A stretch of 63,783 nt of DNA, the filler included, from Choristocarpus tenellus KU-1152 (Eukaryota > Protista > Phaeophyceae), in the NCBI GenBank assembly GCA_964200185.2. It is 7 parts of 7 records of this genome, joined end to end, with 100 filler letters (N's around TTAATTAATTAA, not from the genome) between each part and the next. Parts side by side here need not be neighbours in the genome. Positions count along the whole stretch, not along the records: positions 1 to 11,056 come from CAXNAD020002536.1; positions 11,157 to 21,677 come from CAXNAD020002879.1; 5 more parts are not named here. One strand, 5' to 3'. The position numbers were made by a program, and so were the translations under genes. Of the stretch, positions 1 through 17,850 are shown in pieces (the stretch's first letter is position 1; each line of letters opens with the position of its first letter). The notes under the pieces were generated by a model, which had not been told where the DNA came from, did not search any database, and saw only the letters and a program-made list of their open reading frames with translations.

Positions 1-68
1 CAAAAATCGCGACATGAAAAAATCGACCCCAAATGGACAGCCACCCCCCCCCCAAGATACTTTGAGCC
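1..68 (-). mobile_element. MITE family B, partial copy cut by the window start
   Basis: Reverse complement reads ggctcaaagtatcttggggggggggtggctgtccatttggggtcgattttttcatgtcgcgatttttg. This overlaps the start of the 11157 copy and the left end of the 37076 copy. Confidence 0.8.
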
Positions 69-446
69 TATTGTCCAACTTGTTTTCTGGTGCATCTGTT
101 TTAGACCCAAAATGCCACAGGAATGCCAGTTTTTTGCCAACTGCCCTACTTGAAGCTATTGTTAAAAACAAAACATTTTATGCTTTCGTCAATAAAAAAA
201 TGCTTGTGATCATCCGAATATTTTTTGGGAACATTCCTACAATAATAGTGCGAACAGGTTTTACTTTGCCGTATCCTTCTGACTGTGAGTAGATCCTTGC
301 ATGGCGTTTACGTATGACATGTAGCGTATGTGAGTAGTTATGGTTCACATTTCTAAAAGAGAGTGAAAAACGATTGAATAGTAACTCCAAACTCGAAACA
401 TTTTCCCTCCTTTTCAGTTTGAAAAATCATTCACAGAATATACATT

Positions 447-707
447 GAATGGAAGTATCTTAGAGGGTACAAGTTTTGCCCTGTTTGTCCATTTGGGGCT
501 TGGCTTCTTCCCATGTTTTTTTCGAACATTTTCCTACTCCATAATATTTCGAGTAGGTATAAAGTGTACGTTATGAAAGGTGTTTCCGCGGAACAAGGAT
601 ATAGAGGCTTCCTAAAAAACACGATAGCCAAAACTACATCAAAATCACAACATTGGATTCTGGCCCCCAAATGGACGCGAATCCACCCTCTTAAGATATA
701 TTGGCTC
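447..707 (-). mobile_element. MITE family A, 261 bp, ATT target-site duplication
   Basis: TIRs gaatggaagtatcttagagggt...accctcttaagatatattggctc, flanked by att (444-446) and att (708-710). It is the reverse complement of the copies at 23889, 42658 and 56880. Confidence 0.9.
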
Positions 708-2517
708 ATTTCTTATGGAGGATCACTATGTGGAAGGGGGTGTTAGGTACAGTTTGTCATCATCTACATCATTGTTGTAGAGCGTTTTGATGTTGTGCTT
801 TCAAACTTCAAAATTTAGCGCTTCTCCAAAGCACTACCGTGTAATGTCCAACATTTGACCATGAACAGACACAAACGAACAACTACATTTGTGTTTGACA
901 ACTTCACAATAATAATAGCAGACATCGGAGAAACATGAACACTCTCTACCCACAACTCTTAACTCTCCAATTCTGGATGGAGCACATCACCACAGGAGAG
1001 TTTTCTAAATTGAAGGGAGCCATACCCTCCATTTCTTGTGACCCTCTCTTCTGTGCAAATAATCAACATGCCAGTGAAATAGCACGCACTCATCTCAACT
1101 AGCAAAAAATGAAAACAGTCGAGGGAAGCTTACCTCTCAATTAGTTGTGGACATCTTGTCCTATCTTGAAAGAGTTTACCAGAAGGCTGTGGATGAAACA
1201 AACAATACATGACTCATACATACATGCAAAAACATACATTAGTACACCACAGTGTTTCAACAATCAACCTTGTGGGTTAAAAGGAACTCTGATTTGAACA
1301 GAACAACGAGAACTGAAACTGACTTGGCATTTCAAATACTTACCAAGGAAGGATAGACAGGACACTCCCGCCACATGATAAGTATGAACATGTCAATGTC
1401 CAACCAGATATTACTTCCCTCAGTGTCCTCAATGAAGTAATCCACTCTTTTTATCATGTTCCGATGACAATCACAGTAGAAACTACAACCAATGGTTGAT
1501 CTATCTGCACGCTTCACTTCAAATCAACAACCAGATACATTGTTTCTTCCAGGGACGTAAACAGGATCCCTCACCTATTTTGCAGCATGGTACCAATGTA
1601 CTCAGGAACTGGTGATTCCTCTAAGCAGGAAGAGGAGGGGAAAGGTTCATTTTCAAGATAGATGGAAAAGACAACAAACGCCATCCGTGAATAGTAACAA
1701 ACCGGAAAGGTACCTGTACCACAGACGTGGCATCAGAAAATACATTCAAACCATTGGAGTATGATAGTACTCTCAGGACGAAGGCATGGAGAGTCACATA
1801 AAAAGTACTCCAGGTACTGGTGTTTTTTTCACGTGCTCACAAAGAATACGACCATTACTAGATGTATCTTCAAGAACATACTACCGCATTCACACCATTT
1901 CCAAACAAAAGCCTCAAACAAAGATTCAATCAGATGAATTATCTATGAACCACCTTAACCCATAAGTTACAATTACCACCGTACATTTCATAATGCCTAT
2001 ATTCTCCTCCACTTCCAAGTGGGGTGAAAAGTGGTGAACATTGCGCACGGCTCTTCCCCCTGCACCATGCATCGCAACACATACAAAGATGCAAGGATAT
2101 CTTCTATCCACATCTCACAACTTTGAGTCCGGCACCGCAGTCACCTTGAAAGCTGAACAACACTTGCCAAGAATATCGTCAGGACAGTCCAAAACCCTCT
2201 CAGTAAAAAAAAATACTGAATTTAACCACACATAGTAAGTGATTTGTCACCCAACAAGAAGAAAGGAGACAAACCACAGGAGAAGAAGCAAGTACTCAAA
2301 GCATGCAATGAAAATGGTCTGCGCTCTCCTCCATCAACACACGCCTCCTAAGTTTCCACAACTCCACCAAGATCCTCTCTTCAGCAAAGGCAAGGGGACA
2401 CTCATGTACAACCATACCTCTTGTTTTCTTGCTTGAAATGAACATGAACTGTTTGCAGTAACACACACATACAGTGTATCAAAGCAAAGAGCTCAAAAAT
2501 CAAAGTGCAAGAAACTA

Positions 2518-7850
<5,333 letters not shown>

Positions 7851-8329
7851 AGTCTTCGGTCTTGATCCTACTCGATATCTCCAACAGAAATTGGTACCAG
7901 ACCTTCACCTCTCAAGCCCGATACCGTGAGGAAGTCTAATCTACAACCTTTACCCATATTTAGGGACGGACGGATGGATATTGCAATATATGTTTTTCAT
8001 CAATGAAATCTGTTAACCAATGAAGAAAGAGAATGACAATGGTTCGCTAATTCCCATACGTTCTAATCAATTGCTATCGAATCATCAACCACAAAAGGAA
8101 AATAGAGGGTAGTTGCCGTTTTCAGTCATATTGTTAAGAAAGTATTGTAAAATGATTGTAAGTTTCACGAAAATTCTTGACCGCAATTACATTCTGTTCT
8201 ATTGTTAATACTGTCAACGTAATGCCTTTTGATATTTATCACTACTATACATAATCGAAGTATTTCATAGCTTTATTCATTTTAATAGTGTAGAACAGTA
8301 TTAGTATCACTAATTGAGTGACGAGATTG

Positions 8330-11050
8330 TTGTATCAGTACGTCCTGTCTGTTATGTTGTTGTTCTTTCCTAACCTTACAGGTATGACACGGCCATTACA
8401 TCTTGCACGCCTTCATTTTTGTTCTCCATGAGATGTATCCCGGCTTCATTACGATCAACATAGTAGACTTTTGGATGGTTGTAGGTATGTGTATGTGTGT
8501 CCAATATAGTTCGACATAATAGGTTGGTTTGACGCCCACTTCCCAATTCTTCAATCTTAACCAATTGCTGACAGTATCCAATCTCATCAGCCTTATTTAC
8601 CACTCCTCCATCCTTCAATCAATGTTCAGAAACATTCTTGTATTCAAATTATCGTTTCTCTCCACAATCACACACGCGAAAAATGGCAAATCGTGTTTTT
8701 CAGAAAGTTGAAACAATTTCAGGGTCATGGCGTAACGCGATGTTGCTTGGAAGTGACACAGGTAGCTGAAGGGGTAAACCGTATGCTTGAGTGGCGGAAA
8801 CGTGTTTCCTGTTAAATTTTGGTTGTATTTCAATGTTGTAGTGTGATGTTGGAAGTTGGGACAGCTATGGGAGTTGTAGGACCTCTTGCTTGCAGAGGAG
8901 TGTGGAGTGTGTATGTGTGTGGCATTAAATCTTGGTGCACAGTTCAAAATCTGTAACTTGAGAATAAATAATAGTTTTCAGTTGTATTACTGCTTCTGAA
9001 GACCCAACCCTTTCTGGAATGATGTCGCAACACACACTCACCTTGTCAGTTCTGATGTATTGTCGTATGCTTGCCGTGAGAATAAACAAATATCTTCAAA
9101 TGTCAACCTGATATCCACCACCTCTCTGTTGGTCATCGGGCTAATAATACGTCTCAGGTGCCTTGTACATGCCTCAATATCAACTACAGGCTTGTAGATT
9201 GGAGCTACACATCCCGTCGAGGTAAGCTGCAGATCGTTTTGTAACAAATACTTACATCGTTGCCAGACTGTAACACACTCCGTTCTGGAACTCATACTGG
9301 ATGCTGTGGAGGAACCCAACTTTACACAACTTGGTCCTCTGTTCCTCATGACATGCAATGCCTCTATTACTGTAGATGATGAACAATGTACATCGTTAAG
9401 GAATCAAAGTGCTTCATCCCTGCTGGAGAGGCAGTCCTCTGGGATATGGTACAGGTCAGCAAGACAGTTGTGCTAGGGAGTCAGCTGCGTACCCTTGTCC
9501 CTGAACCAAGAATCCCCTATGCGGTATCCAGATGTCGACCTGCCCAAGGTCTAGACCTGAACCCTGTGGTCAATGAGGCAGGCGGCAGGCATTACAGGAA
9601 GTTGTTGTGCTGTGTCCGGTAGAACTGTTTGGGTTGGTTACTGCACCTGGGAGTTGATGGGTATGTACCTCGTCAGGGATATTGTAGTGAAGTGTGCAAG
9701 TTTAATGAGCATCTGTTGTGCTGTTGTGTAGGTGTGTGTGCAGTGACAGGGATGCTGTAGTGGAGTATGCAAGTTCACAGGTACCCAATGTGGAGTAGTG
9801 GAGGAAAGAGAAGAATAACGAATGGAATAATTGATACTTGATGTGTATCGCCATGAAGAAAAGGTAGAGAAATGCACAGGATAGGTGACACTTAATGTGT
9901 ATAGTTGTAAGAGTTATGCTCAATACTCTATTGGCGTACCAAAGGGGTTATGGTACAAGGAGGAATTATTTAGGTAGAAGTGTGAGCCATAAGCCCAATC
10001 CAATGTGCCACCATTCTTAATTTGTATTGGTGTATGAGTGATGCCCGATACAATATTGATATACAAAGAGGTCAAGATACATAGAGGCATATTGCTTCAA
10101 GGAAGAGATAACTTACATAGGAATAAGTGTCAGCCATAGCACTAATCCTCCGTGTACTCATATGCTTCTAAGTGTAAACTAGAAGTTAGTATGTCAATTG
10201 GAGAAGAGGTAAGAGACGAGTATTGCTGTGTAGAGGGGTAAGGCCATGAATGACACAATAGAGTGCTACTGTACAGAGCAGGGCTGAATGTATACACTGA
10301 GAAGTGTGACTTGGCATGTCCTGCTGCTGTGCAGAAGAGGTGGGAGTATGAAAGGGGGAAATAGCATTTCGGGTGTACATTTATGGGAAAGAGCTACTGG
10401 TGTGAATGGGCTGATTGGTACTCGATGAGTGTATCTGTCGAAAATAGGTGATGTTATTGGTTAGATAAGTGTTACTCAGTTGTGTATTGCTGTATGCAAG
10501 AGGCAAAATTTTACGTTGGATAAGTTGTACTTATCAAATAACTAGTGTTAAACTTCCATTGTGTGTCCTGATACAAGTATATACCACAAATGTCAGAGGG
10601 CAAAAATAATAAATATAATAACAATGTTACAGGCGATATGTCTTGATGGTGGTTTCATAAACACCATTATGACCTTGAAGTCCTAGATTTGATACATTTG
10701 TACTTCTTGAATATATATTTATTATTTAGTCATCATCATATGTTTAGGTGGTACATCCTTCCCAGTTCATTTTATACAGTGATTTTGATGATACTTATGA
10801 AGGAATAATCCAATTTAGAGATCCATCATACTTGACGACTTGTGCACCAGGAGTCCTTTACGTGCATCAGGGTCATCTATAGGCCTATGGATTGGAGCTA
10901 TACATCCTGTGGAGGTAAGCTTCTGGAGTTTGTTGTAACATGGAGTTCCTACCGCCTCTCTTCAAACTGGAGAGAGTACTCAGTATTCACCTCAGCACTT
11001 AGGATTCTTGGTAGCTCCCTACGATAGACTGGATTTTTTTTTTCACTTGG
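8330..11050 (-). mobile_element. Highly decayed retroelement-like region with an internal diverged duplication
   Basis: 9155-9290 and 10848-10985 share gattggagcta(c/t)acatcc..gaggtaagct..ttgtaaca. Only short stop-ridden frames remain and no intact domain is present. Confidence 0.3.
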
Positions 11051-11056
11051 TGTGCG

Positions 11057-11156
11057 NNNNNNNNNNNNNNNNNNNNNNNNNNNNNNNNNNNNNNNNNNNN
11101 TTAATTAATTAANNNNNNNNNNNNNNNNNNNNNNNNNNNNNNNNNNNNNNNNNNNN
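11057..11156. other. Artificial contig-joining spacer (N44-TTAATTAATTAA-N44); five more at 21678, 38809, 45903, 49870 and 53345
   Basis: The same 100-bp construct occurs six times and gives stop codons in all six frames. Genes are cut at spacers and do not continue beyond them. Confidence 0.97.
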
Positions 11157-11296
11157 GGTCAATTTTTTTATGTTTCGATTTTTTGGTGATCTGGTTCCAT
11201 ACGTCGGATGGATAATGAAAGTGCACTTTTCCTGGTTTTGGTCCAAATGGACACCCTGGTGTAGACCCACCCTCCTCCCCCCAGATACTTTGGGTC
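11157..11296 (+). mobile_element. MITE family B, most of the element, left end lost at a contig break
   Basis: Ends ccaaatggacaccctggtgtagacccaccctcctccccccagatactttgggtc. Internally colinear with 37076-37256. Confidence 0.8.
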
Positions 11297-11689
11297 AAAT
11301 GAGAAAGAAGGTGTTAGGGTTGGGGTCAAGAGGGCTCTGAAGCCCGAAATAAGGTCTAAACGGCTCGCAAGATGGAGGAGAAAGCAAGTGTAACAAAGGC
11401 AGCTGCGGAGACTTTTCGCTACTACTAATTCCTTTACTTCGAAGAGGTCGCAAAGCAGGTGGATGTAGCCAGATAAGGACGCCAGGGAAGAAAAGGAGGT
11501 GAGACTATTTTCACATCGGTGGTTTGGTGTTTTCCCACTTCTTGCAAGATATCGTGCGTTCACTTTTGTTCCTGGACTTAAGGGTTAGACGTATAAAATT
11601 GATTAAGACTTTTCTCCCTGCTTGCATACATTCGAGAAATCAACACAATTTTCGATCTACTCAAGCCAGTCCTCCCTTGCCCTTGCGCC

Positions 11690-11995
11690 TTGATGATGAA
11701 ATATCACCCGCCCAGGAAACATGGATGACACCCATGTCCGGCGCTCAACAGGTAAATGTGGTATGCATGATTCTAACACCGTGAATCCTGTAGTTGTGTA
11801 TGAAGGACAGGAAAGACCGTCAAATGGCGCTCGAGATGGCGGCAGGATATGCGATGGTCACAGCGGAAACTGTGATAAAATGGGAGAGAGACTTCCTAAC
11901 TAAGAGCCAGATCAAGGTGTCAGAGCAAGGGCACTACGAGAGGTGTTTCGTTCTGGACCTCGACGAGGATATCCTTTCCAAGTTACATTTATATT
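11690..11995 (+). mobile_element. Probable degenerate Tc1/IS630-like transposase N-terminal (HTH) fragment
   Basis: ALEMAAGYAMVTAETVIKWERDFLTKSQIKVSEQGHYERCFVLDLDEDILSKL has an HTH-like 'TVxxW' followed by S-x-QG-H/Y..L-DEDI, recalled from some eukaryotic Tc1-like transposases. Upstream frames contain stops and no DDE domain follows. Confidence 0.35.
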
Positions 11996-14466
11996 TTGCA
12001 TTCATTCGGTGGTGGGTCGTTCGTTTGGTTTGCGTTTATTAACCAAGTATACTTTAATCAAGTAATAGTACATCTGTTCTCACTTTTGGCGACTACAATC
12101 CAGCGTTCGAACCTCAATATCAGGGGTCTTTCTTAAAATAAAATCAAACAAAAAAAATCAAACAAAAACCCGAAGCCTGTAGCCTGGATGGTGTTGTGAG
12201 GGCATCACCAATATATATAGTTTTAAATCCGATGTCTACACTAAAAATTATGATGCGACAACCCCAAAATAAAGTACAGATTGAATTGGATAGACATCCA
12301 CAACATCAAACTTTTTTTCAGAAATCTAATTTCGAAAATTATGTTACACTATCCAATTCAATCTGTACTTTATTTTAATATACAAATGTGGTGAAAACCT
12401 CCTCACTTAAGTTATTGTAAGTATAATTGGACGTTGAAGTAGTTACATAATTATACGTACTTTATTCTAAGTTCACAATATTAGTTGGAGTAAAATTAGT
12501 AGTACTTGTTCTAAATATCTCTTCTAATAAAATATTATTACTTCTATCTCTTACTAACATATATATTCATAGATAGGGTCTTCATCTGGTCGGGTTTGTC
12601 TCATATACGGTGAATATAATAATAATACGGTGATGGTGAACAAACTTCACACCACCCAATATTCCATACATGTGAAATACTAGAAGTTGTGACTTGAACT
12701 ACTAACGTGTCGGACGAAGGTGAAGCTGGAACCCACTGAGTGATTGTCCACCCGAGCACCTTGCAACACCTCACTAACTGTGACTAAAATGGAAGCAAAT
12801 GATTATAGTCGGTCGTCTTGTTGCTTCATTTCAGAATTCTATCATCGCTCGATCCTTGACGACGAATCCACTCCTTCTCTTGAAATCGACAGAGTGCTAC
12901 CTCGAATGGCTCAACACACGTGATAGACTGCAACGACGTGTACGAGCTTCAACTGGGCAACATTGCGTCAGGAAAGACCACTGGTTATATTGTCTCCCTG
13001 GCGGAAGGTACGTAGTTTAGTAGATGATGTTGTGACCCTTTACGTTTTCGTGCCACCCTAGTGCCATTTGCACAAACTGTGCTGTTTTGTTAATACGGTG
13101 CAGCTTTGCATGACCCTCTGCTGTCTATTTGAAATATAACCGGTTCATATGTCCTTTTAGGATTACTAGATACGGTGTTAGGTCAACACTCAAGATATAA
13201 TTAAGGTGTGGTGTTTTTTTTTGAGTGTAGGGGTGGGTTTGAAAACCAGAAAGTGTTAGAGATCTGCCTCGACTCCGGACCAAGAATCAACTTTCGTCTA
13301 AAGCCTTCCCGATAATCACTCTCATCATTTTCTCATTTTCTCGTGGATTTGTTGCTTTGAGATCAACACGTGGACTCGATCGGGCGGTCTTATACCTCTG
13401 CCACAGATCCAAACTCGTGTCCTGCAATTCCTCACTGTCCACACCCTCGTGTGCTGTGTGAAGATAAAGTTGAAGACCCGAGCTCGCGATGACCACAAAT
13501 AGTACTCAAGGGCTCCGAAACTCATGTTCCTTTATTGCAAGCTGTTATGTCATTTCGTGCACAGATGCAGAAGTTGAACTCACTCGCTGACAGGTCTATA
13601 AGTCGTTGTTAGACAAGAAGAAAGCCCTTCGTTTTTTTACTTTGCTCGTGAGCCTGAAACCATACTCGATGAAACCCAATGCGTGTGTACGAATCTTGCA
13701 TTCATGCAGTCAGCTACCGAGTAGCTGGCAGAACCACGATAGGATGCGAACTTAAGGCATTTTTATCGTATCTCCTTAAAAGGATGGCGTCGTTAGGATG
13801 GAAATCGCGACAGTGGGTTAATCTTTTAGGACTTTGAGGGTACTCTCGTACGCTCTGGCAGATGGAGCAAGATGTGGATGGTGTCTTGAGTAACTATCGC
13901 AATATTCAATACTAGAAGTCTACAGTATAGCAGTTACTTGAACATTGAAAGTGGACATCCAAGGTAGAATCGGAGTAGATTCGGAGCGATCATGAAGTTA
14001 CTGGAAGTACAATTCTTTGCTCTTAGAATGCCAATATATCCTGTTTCAGCACCCACTACACACTACAATCAATCAGTTCTGTAGTGTGACACTGTCGCGT
14101 TGACCTTGTACAATTCACGAGAGCCTTGCAGTAGACCTATGCTGATCTCGGGCTCAAAAGCGAAATTTGGAATGTCTTCGTCTCTCCCTCAAATGACTGT
14201 CTCTTCAATCCATGACCTCATTACAAATCTCGTTCAGTAATTCAATTTTTCTCGTGTACCATTTTCCATGATAGAAACATCGTAGGAGCTTGTGTTCTGG
14301 AAAAATTTAGTGCCGCCACCAGATCTAGTACAAAAACATGCATAATAAACACATCCGTTTCACAATGCAGGTACATGACTTTGTCCTTGTTTATTGTTTG
14401 TTGGGCTCTCCTGTGCAGTGAAGGAGAGTTGGCCAGGATATTGTGCCCATAACCAAAACATTGAAC

Positions 14467-15177
14467 ATGTGCTGTGAAGATGTGTGCAAACACTTGATGG
14501 ATTTTTTGCTTGCAGTGCTAGGCGTTATTGGGCTCGCGGAGTCCATTGCGGAGTTTGTCTGGGTGATGTTAAATCTCGACAAGCTAGAAGACTTCAACAG
14601 ACTCTTCTTTGTGCTAACGTCCTCGTGTGAGATGGCGGGGTTGCTCGTTTCCTTTTTTGTGTGCTGTACGGTGGGACTGGTGGAGCTGAGGGCGAGCTTC
14701 TTCCTAGCCGACCCAATCCATAACACGCGGGCAGCATTACTCAAACCCCTTGAAGAGAGCAATCAGGCTCCAATTGGAGCTGTTGAAGCCGCATCTATAG
14801 GTCTCATGATCTCCGTTATTCCAAGCGTTGTTTGGGCATCATTTTATCCAGTCTGGGGTGGGGACTTTGAGGAAGACGATGACAGACGGATTCTGCTGTG
14901 TACTGCGTCATGTATTGTAATGATAGTTGCCCTGATCTCTGGCTGCTGCCGTGGCTTTCACCTCAACGGGGACTGCCTCGGTTGGTTGACTTGTTTCACA
15001 GCATGGTATGTTTTGCAGAAGGTCTTTGAGGCAGTGTATTTAACAAATGATGACGAGTATAGAGAGAGTCAAAGTATCCTTTGGTGGGTCCTTGTAGTCT
15101 CCCTTTACACTGAGGTTTTTTCTGCGTTATGGGTCTCACTGTTCCTCTTGAGGGTGAGCGTCTGCGGGGGCGGGTAG
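14467..15177 (+). CDS. Uncharacterised intronless polytopic membrane protein (~236 aa, ~6 predicted TM helices)
   Basis: Uninterrupted non-repetitive ORF from ATG 14467 to TAG 15177. Six long hydrophobic segments are separated by short acidic loops (DKLEDFNR, DFEEDDDRR, NDDEYRE). No family recognised. Confidence 0.7.
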   Translation: MCCEDVCKHLMDFLLAVLGVIGLAESIAEFVWVMLNLDKLEDFNRLFFVLTSSCEMAGLLVSFFVCCTVGLVELRASFFLADPIHNTRAALLKPLEESNQAPIGAVEAASIGLMISVIPSVVWASFYPVWGGDFEEDDDRRILLCTASCIVMIVALISGCCRGFHLNGDCLGWLTCFTAWYVLQKVFEAVYLTNDDEYRESQSILWWVLVVSLYTEVFSALWVSLFLLRVSVCGGG

Positions 15178-16952
15178 CATGGGCCCTAATATATTTGCTA
15201 TACTACTCTTTTTTTTTGTATTATAACTTCACTTCGATTACATATATGGACCCTAAGGTATGTTCTTGCTACTGTACAGAATTTTCTTGTTGCTGACTTT
15301 GAAAATACATATATCTTTGGTGGCTTAGCAGTGCCACTGAAATACTGATTTTTTGTTGATGTGAGGGCAGGAGGTGCCACCCCTGTTTGGAAGGTACTGT
15401 GAAGGGTTTGAACTGCTTTGGGAAGAGATATTAAGTTGACCCGTTAATATTTTGAAACAGCAAGAGAGGTAATAGATAGGGTGGTAAGAAAATACATCGA
15501 TTTTCTCTGTTGATGACTTTGACAATGTGTTCAGTTTTGATGAGGGGGGTAGCGTGTGTGTGTGTATTTGTGAATACAGCAATGATTGCATAGTAGGTGG
15601 GTGGTAAGGAAATACATCCATTTTTCTGGTTTTGATTTTGATGTATTAGGTTTTGGTGAGGGAGGCGGTGTGTATGGTTGCGTGTGTGCAGTGTCGGTTG
15701 CTAAGGTGCTCCTAGAGCCAGCAACCTTTAGTGAGCATATTATTATCATTGATAATCACTTTATTTAACCTTTATTTTACTGTTGTTGGGCAGACTAGCT
15801 GTGCCTCTGTTCTTGGTGCAGCGTAGACTAATTTTTTGCACATTGTTCACTACTATTATGATGACAATCAAGATTTCTTATGCATATTGGTGGCATGCTT
15901 ACGCAAGCATGTCTACTGGGGACATTCCTTCATATTTTTATTTTGCATTTCTGGATATATTGGTATCCTCGTTGTTCAGAGGTTGAGGTGGCAGTGGCAT
16001 GCATGAATGCGGTGGGTTTGGGACCCTTCATAACCAGACTTCTTTTCATGAAGATGTGGTTCGAAGTTACTATTCCATCTGGCAAGCAAAACAGACTGTA
16101 CATCTGTACTACCTTGTGTGCTATACCAGCATCAAGGTCAACAATATTGGACCAGCATCAAGCTGGAGAAATGTCAAGGCAGGCCCAGGGGAAGATCGGA
16201 GGGAGGAGATGGAAGGACGACTGGTGGGAATACTGGTGGGAATACTGAACTCAACCGCATTATGAAAGGCAGCAACGGAGGCTGTATAGTTTGTTGTGGT
16301 ACAACAGTTAGTAGTTGGCACGAGTAGTGGCAAAGTGTGTAGTGCCTCTGAAGCCTGGTCTTGAGTAATGATGCGACATAAAACATTACTATTTAAATGA
16401 CAATTCAAGTACTACATCGAAAAGAAATGAAATATCTCTGTTCATTATTGTTGACATCTCTACGTGGGAAGGTAGCACATACCGAAAGAAAACTAAGCAT
16501 AGAAGAACATATGAGGTAGAAAGGGGGNNNNNNNNNNGGGGAAGTGACGTCTAGTGGGAACGATGGTCGATCCTTCGCAGTTTCATTCTAACTGGACAAA
16601 AATAGGTCGGCATTTTTCACTTGGAAACACTACAGTCATGATACCGAAGAGGACGTCGAAATCCGTCATCGCTTTTTCAACGTTGTGTGCGTCCCCTTCC
16701 AAGTTCTTCAGTAGTGTAACCACCTGAATCATTTATATTTTTAGATGTAGATGCATGGTGTTCACGTTTTTACATACCCTTTCGCAACTGACGAGACCTT
16801 CACATTTTCAGGTATTGTTTCCGTCGGCATACACAGCAATTACCTCCCAAAAAGCCAAAATAAACAAGAATTACCCAGGTTTGGTGGTTTTGCATCAAAA
16901 ATAAGTTCTTCAGTCTTCATTAATTCACCCATATTTCTATGGTTGAAGTCCT

Positions 16953-17120
16953 AAGTTTGACTTGAGAGGTTTGATTTCTCTACTGTTTGAATGTTTTCGA
17001 CACAATTCAAAGTTTGACTTGAGAGGTTTTATTTCTCCACTGTTTGAAAGTTCTCGACACAATTCAAAGTTTGACTTGAGAGGGTTGATTTCTCTACTGT
17101 TTGAGAGTTTTCGACATAGT
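16953..17120. repeat. 57-bp tandem repeat x3 (array 1)
   Basis: aagtttgacttgagagg starts at 16953, 17010 and 17067. The minus strand reads as 19-aa repeats ELCRKLSNSREINPLKSNF. Confidence 0.92.
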
Positions 17121-17692
17121 TCGGAAACTACGTACACATTTGTACAAAAATCCTAATTTTGCTTTATGTTTTCTAACTCCCTTAAAGGGAACGTTTATGA
17201 AGTAATCTGAGTTTTGTGGGCGGAAGAATTCTGGTTGGTTGGGGGCACAGGGTAAGGAAGGGGACAGTAGAGAAATATAAGTATTAAGGAGGGAACGAAG
17301 AGTTACGATCGAGTGGTTAAGAAAAGAGGTGGCAGACGGAGGCACAAGGGGAGAAGGAACGAACAGTATTGAATCGAATGAGGAAACCCGAGGCTGGGGG
17401 ACAAGACGAGGAAGGCTAGACCAAGAGGACCCCCGAGCAAGCTTTCCCGCCCACCCGCCCTGTCGCTTGCTCACAACCGACTTGGATCTTAGGGTGGGAG
17501 GGGAGGTCAAGTTCAGGCGGGGGTATATGTCTTCTAGCTCAAAGGCACGGTATGAAGGGGATGATGAAGGGGGGTTCTTGGATGATTGTGGAGTGGTGTT
17601 TGGTGTTGAATGGTGTGGTGGAGTGGTAACTGGGGTGGGGTTGACTGAAGTGGTAACTGGTGTGGGGTTGAGTGAGGTTGAAAGGGGTGGTA

Positions 17693-17850
17693 GAGACCGG
17701 AAATCAGTGGCGAAAGGGGTTGCACTGGTTGGCCGTCGGATTGGGGGGGGTGACTGGAAATCAGGGGCGAAGGGGGGTTCGCCCTGGTTGGTCATCAGAT
17801 ATGGGGGTGACTGGAAATCAGTGGCGAAGAGGTTGCACTGGTTGGTCACA
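17693..17850. repeat. 57-bp tandem repeat x3 (array 2, unrelated sequence), with a 27-bp x2 repeat at ~17620-17675
   Basis: ggaaatcag at 17699, 17756 and 17813. The unit contains gactggaaatcagtggcgaa..ggttgcactggttgg. Confidence 0.88.

Noticed and set aside
11101-11112. TTAATTAATTAA as a biological palindrome or regulatory site
   Set aside because: It occurs identically in the middle of every 100-bp N-spacer, so it is a synthetic six-frame stop linker.
16953-17850. 57-bp arrays as CRISPR-like repeat-spacer arrays
   Set aside because: The units are head-to-tail and similar along their length with no unique spacers. No cas-like ORFs are present and the context is eukaryotic.
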